A stretch of DNA of 64,000 bases, from contig JAAVYA010000002.1 in the NCBI GenBank assembly GCA_022790855.1, positions 49,054 through 113,053 on the forward strand. Direction: 5' to 3'. Position 1 is the stretch's first letter. Each line of letters starts with the position of its first letter. Source of the DNA: Lachnospiraceae bacterium (GTDB taxonomy: Bacteria; Bacillota; Clostridia; Lachnospirales; Lachnospiraceae). The translations under genes were made by a program, and so were the position numbers. A model generated the notes under the pieces. It was not told the DNA's origin. It saw only the letters and a program-made list of their open reading frames with translations, and did no database searches. Shown here piece by piece: positions 55,315-64,000 of this stretch.

Positions 55315-56502
55315 ATGAATACAGGATTGGAAGGAAACTACGTACTCAAACAAAATAAAAAACTTGCTCTTGGCTACACCACCGGAAGCTGCAGCGCTGC
55401 GGCTGCGAAAGCCGCAGCGAAGATGCTTTTTACTGGAGAACGCCAGGACTTCGTGGACTTGATGACACCTAAGGGAATCCTGCTCCATTTAGAAGTTTTA
55501 GAGCAGGAGTTCACCCAGGAGGCTGCCCGATGTGCCGTCAAAAAAGACGCCGGAGACGACCCGGATGTGACCAATGGCGTACTGGTGTATGCCAGGGTCA
55601 GCCGGGGAAGACCAAAGGAAATTATGCGAAAGCATAATATGAATTCGGCGTACATATATATCCTGGGAGGGGTCGGTGTAGGACGGGTGACAAAGCCGGG
55701 ATTGGAACAAGATGTGGGAGAGGCGGCCATCAACCAGGTTCCAAGAAGGATGATTCGGGAAGCGGTTGTACAAGTTTGTGAAGAACAGGGATATGGCGGG
55801 GATATCACGGTGGAAATCTCTATTCCCGAAGGAGTAGAGCTGGCAAAGAAAACCTTCAACCCCAGGCTGGGCATAGAAGGCGGGATTTCCGTGCTGGGAA
55901 CCAGCGGGATTGTGGAGCCTATGAGCGAGGCGGCTCTGATCGAAACCATCCGGATGGAAATGCAGATGAAAAAAAATAACGGGGCAGCATATTTACTGGC
56001 TGCTCCGGGAAATTACGGAATGGCATATCTGTCAGCCCATGCTTCCTTTTCTCTGGAACAGGCAGTAAAATACAGCAATTATGTGGGAGAATTGATCGAC
56101 TTTGGGGTGGAGATGGGCTTTTCCGGGATTCTGATGGTGAGCCATATCGGAAAACTGATCAAGGTTGCCGGAGGCATTATGAACACCCATTCCAGAAATG
56201 GAGACGCCCGGATGGAGCTGCTGGCGGCCAATGCGCTGTTGGCAGGAGCCGAAAGGGAGACGCTTATAAAAATCTTGGAGGCGATAACTACCGACGAGGG
56301 GCTGGCGATCCTAAAGCGGGAAGGACTTTTAGAAATGACCATGAAGCATGTGATGGAAAAGGTACATGGATATCTGGATCACAGAGCCTATGGGCATCTT
56401 CGTATCGGCGTCATTGCTTTTTCCAATGAATGGGGAGAGCTGGGACAGGCGGGCCCGGTGGAGGAATTGACAAAGGCGTTGGCGGAGGAAGGAAACATAT
56501 AG
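55315..56502 (+). CDS. cbiD: cobalt-precorrin-5B (C1)-methyltransferase
   Basis: LALGYTTGSCSAAAAKAA, GGISVLGTSGIVEPMS, and SHIGKLIKVAGGIMNTHS. Confidence 0.9.
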   Translation: MNTGLEGNYVLKQNKKLALGYTTGSCSAAAAKAAAKMLFTGERQDFVDLMTPKGILLHLEVLEQEFTQEAARCAVKKDAGDDPDVTNGVLVYARVSRGRPKEIMRKHNMNSAYIYILGGVGVGRVTKPGLEQDVGEAAINQVPRRMIREAVVQVCEEQGYGGDITVEISIPEGVELAKKTFNPRLGIEGGISVLGTSGIVEPMSEAALIETIRMEMQMKKNNGAAYLLAAPGNYGMAYLSAHASFSLEQAVKYSNYVGELIDFGVEMGFSGILMVSHIGKLIKVAGGIMNTHSRNGDARMELLAANALLAGAERETLIKILEAITTDEGLAILKREGLLEMTMKHVMEKVHGYLDHRAYGHLRIGVIAFSNEWGELGQAGPVEELTKALAEEGNI

Positions 56503-56522
56503 AAGGAATAAGGAGAATAAGC

Positions 56523-57200
56523 ATGTACGGAACATTGTATGGAGTTGGAATCGGCCCGGGGGACCCGGAGCTTTTGACTTTAAAGGCGGTGCGGGTGATT
56601 CAGGAAAGCCCTGTGATCGCAGTACCGGGAAAGGTAAAGGAGGATACGGTTGCTTACCAGATTGTCAAGCAGGCGATTCCGTCCCTTGGAGAAAAAGAAT
56701 GTCTGGAAGTATATATGCCCATGACGAAGGATCCAGGGGAGCTGGAAGAAAGCCACCAGGCAGGCGCCCGGAAGGTGGCCGCTTGTCTGCAGGAAGGAAA
56801 AAATGTAGCTTTTTTGACCTTGGGGGATCCCACCGTATATGCGACATATATTTATATCCATCAACGACTGAAGGAACAGGGATATGCCACGGAGATCATC
56901 AATGGCATCACCTCCTTTTGCGCGGCCGCGGCCCGGCTTGACATGGGACTGGTGGAAAAAGAAGAAATGCTTCATGTGATCCCGGCCTCCTATCAGATTG
57001 AAGAGGCGTTAAAGCTTCCGGGCGTCAAGGTATTGATGAAGGCCGGAAAACAAATGCCCCGTGTCAAGGAACAGTTGAAAAAACTGGATTGTGATGTGTC
57101 AATGGTGGAAAACTGCGGCATGGAGCAGGAACGTGTCTATTATGGAGCGGAGGAGATTCCGGAGGACGCCGGTTATTATTCCCTGCTGATTGTCAAATAG
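56523..57200 (+). CDS. cbiL: cobalt-precorrin-2 C20-methyltransferase
   Basis: N-terminus LYGVGIGPGDPELLTLKA and FLTLGDPTVYATY. The ATG at 56523 is the plausible start; the listed ORF start overlaps cbiD. Confidence 0.85.
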   Translation: MYGTLYGVGIGPGDPELLTLKAVRVIQESPVIAVPGKVKEDTVAYQIVKQAIPSLGEKECLEVYMPMTKDPGELEESHQAGARKVAACLQEGKNVAFLTLGDPTVYATYIYIHQRLKEQGYATEIINGITSFCAAAARLDMGLVEKEEMLHVIPASYQIEEALKLPGVKVLMKAGKQMPRVKEQLKKLDCDVSMVENCGMEQERVYYGAEEIPEDAGYYSLLIVK

Positions 57201-57210
57201 GAGGAGCGTC

Positions 57211-57969
57211 ATGGTACATTTTGTAGGGGCGGGGCCCGGTGCGCCGGATTTGATCACAGTTCGGGGACAGCGTCTGCTGGCGGAGGCAGACGTGATCATT
57301 TACGCAGGCTCCCTGGTAAATCCCCAGCTTTTAGAAGGAAAAAAGAAAGAATGCCAGGTATACAACAGCGCCGTTATGACGCTGGAAGAAGTGCTGGCGG
57401 TCATGGAGGAAGCAGAAGAACAAGGGAAAACAACGGTGCGGCTGCATACCGGAGATCCCTGTATCTACGGAGCCATCCGAGAGCAGATGGATGCCCTGGA
57501 CGAAAAAGGGATCGCTTATGATACTTGTCCTGGGGTCAGCGCCTTCTGCGGGGCTGCTTCTGCTTTAAACTTGGAATATACACTGCCGGACGTATCCCAA
57601 AGTGTGATCATTACAAGGATGGCCGGGCGGACGCCGGTTCCTGAGCAAGAAGAGATTGCTTCCCTGGCGTCCCACCAGGCGACCATGGTGGTATTTTTAA
57701 GCGCCGGGCTGTTGGAGCAGCTCAGTGAGCGTCTGGTGGCGGGAGGATATTCCAAAGATACTCCGGCCGCTATCGTCTATAAAGCCACCTGGCCGGAGGA
57801 GGAAACATACCTTTGCACCGTAGGAACACTGGCAGAGACGGCAGAAAAGCATAAGATCACCAAAACAGCCTTGATGATCATCGGGAAAGCGGTGACTCAC
57901 AGCCATTACGCCCGCAGTGATTTGTATCATCCGGCATTTTCCACGGAATTTCGGGAATCATCCCAGTAG
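57211..57969 (+). CDS. cbiF: cobalt-precorrin-4 C11-methyltransferase
   Basis: VHFVGAGPGAPDLITVRG, VRLHTGDPCIYGA, and PGVSAFCGAAS. RBS aggagg. Confidence 0.9.
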   Translation: MVHFVGAGPGAPDLITVRGQRLLAEADVIIYAGSLVNPQLLEGKKKECQVYNSAVMTLEEVLAVMEEAEEQGKTTVRLHTGDPCIYGAIREQMDALDEKGIAYDTCPGVSAFCGAASALNLEYTLPDVSQSVIITRMAGRTPVPEQEEIASLASHQATMVVFLSAGLLEQLSERLVAGGYSKDTPAAIVYKATWPEEETYLCTVGTLAETAEKHKITKTALMIIGKAVTHSHYARSDLYHPAFSTEFRESSQ

Positions 57970-57981
57970 GGAGGCGCCAAG

Positions 57982-59070
57982 GTGCAAAAGGAATACATAT
58001 CCCAAAAGCGTCTGGCGGTGGTATCCTTTACCCCGGGAGGAAAGGAGCAGGCCGAAAGAGTGCAAAAGCAGCTTGCAGCGCCCTTGGAGGATACACTTTG
58101 GGAGGTTATGCATGTGCATAAACCAAAACCCCTAAAAGAATGGTGCAGGCGACAATTTGAAGGAGCAGAAGGGATTCTGTTTATCGGCGCCATGGGCATC
58201 GCCGTCCGTACCATCGCCCCCTTTTTGGAAAGCAAGACGAAGGACCCGGCGGTACTGGTGATGGATGAAAAAGGCGGTTTTGTGATTTCCGTATTGTCCG
58301 GCCATATTGGCGGGGGAAATGAGCTGGCCCGGCTTTTGGCCCGGCGTCTTGGTGCGGTTCCGGTTATTACCACCGCTTCCGACGTCAATAAAAAAATCGC
58401 TCTGGATGTATTTGCGCAGAAAAACGGGCTGCATATCTGTGATATGCAAAGGATCAAGGAAGCGGAGGCCGCGATCCTGGAAGGAAAGAGGCTGCATTTT
58501 TACTGTGAGGGACAGGTAAATGGATACTTGCCCCGGGAATTGTCCGCTTCTTATGAAGAAGCTGATTTCTCTATCCGGGTGTCCCCCTATCTTTCAGGCG
58601 ATGACACAGTGGAAGCCACAGACGGCAGGCCCCGGGAAGTGTGGTTGATCCCGAAAGCATTTGTCTTGGGGATTGGATGCCGGAAGGGGAAAACAGCAAA
58701 GGAAATTAGTGCGGCAGTAAAAGAGGAATTGTTCCGGCGGCGGATCTCTTTGGAAAGCCTTTACGCAGCCGCCACCATAGATTTGAAGCAGGAGGAAGAA
58801 GGGCTGTTGGAATTCTTGGGCGGCCTTCGGCTTCCACTTACTTGTTATACGGCCGAGGAATTGAGGCAGGCGCCGGGCGTCTACGCCGCGTCTTCTTTTG
58901 TAGCTTCCGTTACAGGCGTGGACAATGTGTGTGAACGGGCGGCCGTATGCAAAGTCCGGGAAGAGGATCCCCAAAAACAAAAAGAAGAATGCCTGGCGGT
59001 TCCGAAAATAAAAAAAGACGGAATTACCATAGCCCTGGCCCAGAGAGAATGGAGTGTAGAATTTGAGTAA
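57982..59070 (+). CDS. cbiG: cobalt-precorrin-5A hydrolase
   Basis: CbiG N-terminal, middle and C-terminal profile (GAMGIAVRTIAP ... VMDEKGGFVISVLSGHIGGGNELA ... LGIGCRKG ... ATIDLKQEE). GTG start after gggagg. Confidence 0.85.
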   Translation: MQKEYISQKRLAVVSFTPGGKEQAERVQKQLAAPLEDTLWEVMHVHKPKPLKEWCRRQFEGAEGILFIGAMGIAVRTIAPFLESKTKDPAVLVMDEKGGFVISVLSGHIGGGNELARLLARRLGAVPVITTASDVNKKIALDVFAQKNGLHICDMQRIKEAEAAILEGKRLHFYCEGQVNGYLPRELSASYEEADFSIRVSPYLSGDDTVEATDGRPREVWLIPKAFVLGIGCRKGKTAKEISAAVKEELFRRRISLESLYAAATIDLKQEEEGLLEFLGGLRLPLTCYTAEELRQAPGVYAASSFVASVTGVDNVCERAAVCKVREEDPQKQKEECLAVPKIKKDGITIALAQREWSVEFE

Positions 59071-59821
59071 AATATACGTAGTAGGCATTGGTCCCGGAGA
59101 ATATGAACAGATGACCATCAAAGCCGCCCGGGTATTGGAAACATGCGATACCATTGTAGGATATACCGTTTATGTGGATTTGGTGAAGGAGCATTTTCCA
59201 GGTAAAGAATTTTTGGTCACTCCCATGACACAGGAAGTAAAACGCTGCCGTATGGCTTTTGAAGAAGCCCAAAAAGGGAAAACCGTCGCCATGATCTGCA
59301 GCGGAGATGCAGGAGTTTACGGTATGAGCGGCCTGATGCTCACCATAGGGGAGGAGTACCCCCAGATTCCGGTGGAGATTGTTTCCGGCGTGACGGCTGC
59401 CATTGGCGGAGCGTCGGTGCTGGGAGCCCCTCTAATCCATGATTTTGCATTGATCAGCTTAAGCGATCTGCTGACCCCCTGGGACAAGATTGAGAAGCGG
59501 CTGGCGGCGGCAGCCCAGGCGGATTTTGTAATTTGCCTCTACAATCCTTCCAGCAAAAAACGGGCGGATTATCTGAAACGGGCCTGCGACATAATTTTGA
59601 AATACCAGCCCGGGGAGCTGGTGTGCGGTACGGTTACCAAGATCGGCAGAGCTGGGGAAGATAGGAAGCTGTATACCTTACAGGAGCTTCGAGAGGCAGA
59701 GACAGATATGTTTACCACCGTGTTTATCGGCAATTCCCAGACGAAGGTAATCAATGGACGCATGGTAACTCCCAGAGGATACCGGATGGGAGAATCATTG
59801 GATGTATCTGAAAAAGGGTAA
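59063..59821 (+). CDS. cbiH: cobalt-precorrin-3B C17-methyltransferase
   Basis: IYVVGIGPGEYEQMTIKA, SGDAGVYGMSG, and ISLSDLLTPW. The TTG start overlaps the cbiG stop. Confidence 0.9.
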   Translation: MSKIYVVGIGPGEYEQMTIKAARVLETCDTIVGYTVYVDLVKEHFPGKEFLVTPMTQEVKRCRMAFEEAQKGKTVAMICSGDAGVYGMSGLMLTIGEEYPQIPVEIVSGVTAAIGGASVLGAPLIHDFALISLSDLLTPWDKIEKRLAAAAQADFVICLYNPSSKKRADYLKRACDIILKYQPGELVCGTVTKIGRAGEDRKLYTLQELREAETDMFTTVFIGNSQTKVINGRMVTPRGYRMGESLDVSEKG

Positions 59822-59894
59822 CGGTGAAGACGAAGGCAGGCTGTTACGAAAAAGGGTAACGGTGAAGACGAAGGCAGGCTGTTACAAAAAAGGG
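59810..59894 (+). repeat. perfect 38-bp tandem duplication (2 units plus a 9-nt partial third) spanning the cbiH stop codon
   Basis: gaaaaagggtaacggtgaagacgaaggcaggctgttac occurs at 59810-59847 and identically at 59848-59885, followed by aaaaaaggg. Confidence 0.9.
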
Positions 59895-59902
59895 GATAGA
59901 CA

Positions 59903-61966
59903 ATGGAAGGGATACTGATATTTGCCGGAACGAAAGAAGGGCGGCTGCTGGCGGAACATCTCTGCCGCCAGAAAAAGCCGGTACATATTTCCGTGGCTAC
60001 GGAATATGGCAAGGAGGTACTTCCCAGGATGAAGGGGCTGGTAGTCCATCAGGGAAGGCTAAACAGGCCGGAAATGGAAGAGCTGCTGAAAGCGGGAGAG
60101 TGGGAAGCTGTGATTGACGCCACCCACCCTTATGCCCGGGAAGTTTCCGTAAACCTTCAGGACGCCTGCGAAGCCACAGGAAAAGCGTATTTGAGATTGC
60201 TGCGGGAGCTTTCCGGGGAAGAGGAGGGCGGCAGGTGTTTTTATGCAAATGCAGAACAAGGAGCAGCTCCTGGGCGTTATTATGTGGATACCAAGGAAGA
60301 AGCGGCATCATTTTTAAATAAGACAGCGGGAAATATCCTGCTGACCACAGGAAGCAAGGAATTAAAGGACTATATCAGGCTCATCGACGATACCTCCAGA
60401 ATCTTTGCCAGGATCCTGCCGGATGGGGATACGGTGAACCAGTGCCGGGAATGGGGCCTGGAGGGAAGGCAGATCATCTGTATGCAGGGGCCCTTTTCGG
60501 CGGAGCTGAATGAGGCGATGTTAAAGCAGCTGGACGCCAAATACCTGGTGACTAAAGAGACCGGAGACGTGGGCGGATTTTCTGCAAAGCTTGCGGGAGC
60601 TAAGGCGGCGGGGGCAAAGGCTGTCATTATCCGCAGGCCCAGAGAGACGGAGGGGTATTCCCTGAAGGAGCTTTTGGAGCATCTGAAACTGCCCCCCATG
60701 GAGCAGGAGCGCTTTTCTCCCAAAGAATCCCCCGGCCTTCAGAGAATTTTCCTTCTCGGCATCGGTATGGGAGACGTATCCGGCATGACCGGGGAGGCTG
60801 TAAAAGCCTGTGAATGCGCAGATGTGATTCTGGGGGCCGGACGGATGCTAACGGCGTTATCCTGTTTTGGAAAGCCCATGGAGGATATGTATGACCCTTA
60901 TGAAATTTTGGAATTCATAAAGAGCCATCCCGAGTATGGAACGATCGTGGCGGCATTTTCCGGGGATATTGGGTTTTACAGCGGGACCAAAAAGCTGTTG
61001 GAGCTATTGGAAAAAGAGCCATGCCAGGTGGAATTAATCTGCGGAATTTCTACCGTGGCCTATGCCGCTGCAAAGCTTCATATGCCCTGGCAGGATATGA
61101 AGCTTGTGAGCATCCATGGAAGATGTCAGAACTTGATTGGGGCGGTGCGCACCCATGAAAAAGTGTTTGCCCTGGCAGGAAAACAGCAAAGCGTCCGGGA
61201 AGCGGCCAAGTCCTTGATAGAATACGGGCTTTCTCACGTAACCATGCATGTGGCCGCGCAGCTCAGTTATCCGGAGGAAGAGATTGTAACAGGAATTCCA
61301 GAGGATTTTCTTTCTTATCATAAAGAAGGGCTGTCGGTGCTTGTACTGGAAAATCCCCTGGCCCGAGAGACGGCTGTAACCCATGGCCTCAAGGATGCAT
61401 GCTTTCAAAGAGGCAGTGCGCCGATGACAAAGGAAGAGGTACGCAGCATCTCTCTTTCTAAGCTGATGCTCCCAAAAGACGCCTTGGTGTATGACATTGG
61501 CGCGGGAACCGGCTCCATTGGGATTGAATGCGCCCTGCAGGCCGTTTGGGGCACGGTCTATGCCATTGAAAAAAAGGAAGCGGCCCTGTCCCTTCTTACA
61601 GAAAATGCCCGCAGATTGGGAGCGGCGAATCTGATTGCGGTTCCAGGAACTGCGCCTGAGGCGCTGAAAGACCTGCCTGCTCCGACCCATGCCTTTATTG
61701 GAGGCAGCAGCGGCAATCTGGAAAAAATCGTAAGCCTTTTGCTGGATAAAAATCCCCGGGTGCGCATTGTGATAAACGCCATATCCTTGGAAACGGTGGC
61801 GGAGGCCTCAGAGCTTCTGGAAGCCTATGATTTTCATGAAAGTGAAATTGTTCAGGTTTCTGTGGCAAAAAGCAGGATGCTGGGAGGATATCATATGATG
61901 ACGGGACAAAATCCGGTGTACATTTTTACCATGTCAAACCAGGACGGCGGAAAGGAGTTTTCATGA
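59903..61966 (+). CDS. fusion of cobalt-precorrin-6A reductase (CbiJ) with cobalt-precorrin-7/6B methyltransferase-decarboxylase (CbiE-CbiT)
   Basis: The N-terminal roughly 250 aa is CbiJ/CobK-like (ILIFAGTKEGR ... LLTTGSKEL ... LVTKETGDVGG). Next comes CbiE (IFLLGIGMGDVSGMTGEA). Then comes CbiT (MTKEEVRSISLSKL ... YDIGAGTGSIGIE). Confidence 0.8.
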   Translation: MEGILIFAGTKEGRLLAEHLCRQKKPVHISVATEYGKEVLPRMKGLVVHQGRLNRPEMEELLKAGEWEAVIDATHPYAREVSVNLQDACEATGKAYLRLLRELSGEEEGGRCFYANAEQGAAPGRYYVDTKEEAASFLNKTAGNILLTTGSKELKDYIRLIDDTSRIFARILPDGDTVNQCREWGLEGRQIICMQGPFSAELNEAMLKQLDAKYLVTKETGDVGGFSAKLAGAKAAGAKAVIIRRPRETEGYSLKELLEHLKLPPMEQERFSPKESPGLQRIFLLGIGMGDVSGMTGEAVKACECADVILGAGRMLTALSCFGKPMEDMYDPYEILEFIKSHPEYGTIVAAFSGDIGFYSGTKKLLELLEKEPCQVELICGISTVAYAAAKLHMPWQDMKLVSIHGRCQNLIGAVRTHEKVFALAGKQQSVREAAKSLIEYGLSHVTMHVAAQLSYPEEEIVTGIPEDFLSYHKEGLSVLVLENPLARETAVTHGLKDACFQRGSAPMTKEEVRSISLSKLMLPKDALVYDIGAGTGSIGIECALQAVWGTVYAIEKKEAALSLLTENARRLGAANLIAVPGTAPEALKDLPAPTHAFIGGSSGNLEKIVSLLLDKNPRVRIVINAISLETVAEASELLEAYDFHESEIVQVSVAKSRMLGGYHMMTGQNPVYIFTMSNQDGGKEFS

Positions 61967-63330
61967 AAGCCCCTAGAATTCTGCTGGCTGCGCCCTCCAG
62001 CGGAAGCGGAAAAACCTTAGTAACCTGCGGGATTTTAAAGTCTCTTTTGAACCGGGGTATCACCGTATCCTCCTTTAAGTGCGGGCCGGACTATATTGAC
62101 CCCATGTTCCACGGCCAGGTGCTGGGGATATCGTCCAAGAATCTGGATACGTTTTTTACAGATGAAACTGCCACCCGGTATCTATTGGGGAAGGAAGCCC
62201 GGCATTCTCAGCTTTCTGTCATGGAAGGGGTTATGGGCTATTACGACGGTATTGCGGGAACCAGTACCCAGGCTTCCGCTTACGATCTGGCCAGGGTGAC
62301 GGATACGCCGGTGATATTGATCGTAGACGCCAGAGGCATGAGCGTGTCCATAACGGCTCAGATCAAGGGATTTTTGGACTATCGACCTGACAGCAGGATA
62401 GCAGGGGCAATTTTAAACCGCTTAAGCGCCGGACTCTATCCCAGAGTTAAAGAGCAGATAGAAAGGGAACTTCCCATAAAGGTGTTGGGCTATGTTCCGG
62501 AGGCAAAAGAATATGTCATTGAAAGCCGCCATTTGGGATTGGTAACGCCAGATACTATAACGGATTTGAAGGAGCGGATTCAGGGACTGGCCAGAGTGCT
62601 GGAAGAAACGGTGGATTTAGATTTACTGTTGTCTGTTGCCGGAGGGACGAGGGAACTGGACTTGATACCGCCTTCGATTCCCCATTTGGAAGAGAGCCAA
62701 GAGGGGGTAAGAATCGGGATTGCCAAGGACGAAGCGTTTTGCTTTATGTACCGGGACAATCTGGAGCTGATGGCGGAGATGGGAGCCAAATTGCGCTATT
62801 TTTCCCCTGTGCATGATACCCGCCTGCCCAGGGATCTGGATGGAATGATTTTTTACGGAGGATATCCGGAACTGTATGCAAAGCAGCTTTCGGAAAATCG
62901 CACCATGCTTGCGGATATCCGGGAGGCTATTCGGCAGGGAGTTCCTTACCTGGCAGAGTGCGGCGGTTTTATGTACCTTCATGATGATATGGAAGATATG
63001 GAAGGGATTCGTCATCGTATGGTGGGAGCCATAGAAGGGACGGCATATCGTACCGAGCGTCTGGGAAGATTTGGATATGTGACGCTGGAAGCCGGGAAGG
63101 ATCAAGTATTGGGAAAAAAGGGTGAAACAATCAAGGCCCATGAGTTTCATTACTTTGATAGTACCAATAACGGAGCAGATTTCCATGCCCGAAAGCCTCT
63201 GGCTAAGCGGGAATGGGACTGCATCCATGGGGACGGGCGGCGGGCGGCGGGATTCCCCCATCTTTATTACTACTCCAACCCGGAGATGATTTTTCATTTT
63301 TTGCAGGTATGTGCGGAAAGGGGCAGATAA
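61963..63330 (+). CDS. cbiA: cobyrinate a,c-diamide synthase
   Basis: P-loop-like SSGSGKTLVTCG, KCGPDYIDP, and a glutamine amidotransferase C-terminal domain with AECGGFMYL. Confidence 0.9.
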   Translation: MKAPRILLAAPSSGSGKTLVTCGILKSLLNRGITVSSFKCGPDYIDPMFHGQVLGISSKNLDTFFTDETATRYLLGKEARHSQLSVMEGVMGYYDGIAGTSTQASAYDLARVTDTPVILIVDARGMSVSITAQIKGFLDYRPDSRIAGAILNRLSAGLYPRVKEQIERELPIKVLGYVPEAKEYVIESRHLGLVTPDTITDLKERIQGLARVLEETVDLDLLLSVAGGTRELDLIPPSIPHLEESQEGVRIGIAKDEAFCFMYRDNLELMAEMGAKLRYFSPVHDTRLPRDLDGMIFYGGYPELYAKQLSENRTMLADIREAIRQGVPYLAECGGFMYLHDDMEDMEGIRHRMVGAIEGTAYRTERLGRFGYVTLEAGKDQVLGKKGETIKAHEFHYFDSTNNGADFHARKPLAKREWDCIHGDGRRAAGFPHLYYYSNPEMIFHFLQVCAERGR

Positions 63331-64000
63331 ATGCTTCAGGAGACCATTCGCCGGATTCTTCCGGCAGATGACAGAGCGAAGAAAGCGTGTCAAAAGCACT
63401 GGGATAACATTGCCAAGCCCTTAAGGAGCCTGGGCAGGCTGGAAGAATATGTGGTTCAGCTTGCGGGAATCGGGCGGACGGAGCGTGTCGCCCTGGGCAA
63501 AAAGGCCCTTGTAATCATGTGCGCCGATAACGGCGTGGTGGAGGAAGGAGTTACCCAGTCCGGCCAGGAGGTTACGGCCATTGTGGCGGAGAATTTCCTG
63601 GATGTAAAGTCTTGCGCCGCCATTATGTGCAAGGATACGGGAACGGATATTTTTCCCATTGATATCGGTATGGCTGTGGATACTCCCCGGGTGGAGAAAC
63701 GAAAAGTGGCCTACGGAACGAAAAATTTGGCCAAGGAGCCTGCCATGACCCGCGAAGAGGCTGTACGGGCCATTGAGACGGGAATTCAACTGGCAGGGGA
63801 ATTGAAAGAAAAAGGATATGGTATTTTGGCCACCGGAGAGATGGGCATCGGGAACACTACCACCAGCAGCGCCTTGGTTTCCGCGCTATTGGATATCCCG
63901 CCGGAGCAGGTTACCGGACGGGGCGCGGGATTGTCCACAGAAGGGCTGCGCCGGAAAGTAGATGTGATTCGCCGGGGGATAGCCCTGCATAAACCCAACC
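63331..64000 (+). CDS. cobT: nicotinate-nucleotide--dimethylbenzimidazole phosphoribosyltransferase (3' end outside window)
   Basis: The frame is open from the ATG at 63331 to the window end. Motifs: WDNIAKPLRSLGRLEE, IMCADNGVVEEGV, and GEMGIGNTTTSSAL. It is absent from the ORF track because no stop lies within the window. Confidence 0.85.
   Translation, partial: MLQETIRRILPADDRAKKACQKHWDNIAKPLRSLGRLEEYVVQLAGIGRTERVALGKKALVIMCADNGVVEEGVTQSGQEVTAIVAENFLDVKSCAAIMCKDTGTDIFPIDIGMAVDTPRVEKRKVAYGTKNLAKEPAMTREEAVRAIETGIQLAGELKEKGYGILATGEMGIGNTTTSSALVSALLDIPPEQVTGRGAGLSTEGLRRKVDVIRRGIALHKPN

Overview
Chromosomal window from a Gram-positive anaerobe. The protein signatures look Clostridia/Lachnospiraceae-like, but that is inference only. 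GC is mid-range by eye, and almost every gene is on the + strand.

Layout:
- 1-25.4 kb: core genes. These are a partial MCP, a PurF-like protein, a sigma-like protein, an RsmF-like methyltransferase, a Na/Pi transporter, UppP, a membrane spermidine-synthase-like protein, DUF3842, an Opp/Nik-type ABC importer plus LarB, a deacetylase, an AlkD-like protein, an AraC-GH39-like fusion, ThuA, RarA, an aminotransferase, a small alarmone synthetase, two GNATs and a HAD hydrolase.
- 25.4-31.2 kb: a visibly AT-rich defence islet. It holds a decayed ToxN/AbiQ-type (type III TA) toxin behind a promoter, short RNA region and hairpin. It also holds an internally deleted McrB-like gene, a McrC-like gene lacking its nuclease half, and two intact N6-adenine DNA methyltransferases of different classes.
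- 31.2-42.7 kb: DedA, GT4, an OmpR-type two-component system, HflX, NrdD (NrdR boxes upstream, C-terminal redoxin fusion) and three glycosyltransferases.
- 42.75-46.6 kb: a second accessory patch. It holds an Fn3-gene fragment, a decayed Rpn/PD-(D/E)xK nuclease gene on the - strand, and two secreted repeat proteins.
- 46.7-52.9 kb: a cobalamin riboswitch followed by a CbiK-fold lipoprotein, a duplicated-domain lipoprotein and a BtuFCD-type importer. A large nested palindromic element splits the importer.
- 53-55.3 kb: glgP.
- 55.3-64 kb: anaerobic cobalamin biosynthesis genes cbiD-L-F-G-H-(J/E/T fusion)-A and a 3'-partial cobT.

I saw no rRNA, tRNA or CRISPR array.

Best candidates for something new:
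1. The riboswitch-controlled surface lipoprotein module, as a candidate corrinoid-capture system.
2. The LlaI/LlaJI-like McrBC-plus-two-methylase islet, with its restriction genes deleted.
3. A structured palindromic repeat family showing compensatory arm changes.

All family assignments come from motif recognition by eye. No database search was possible.
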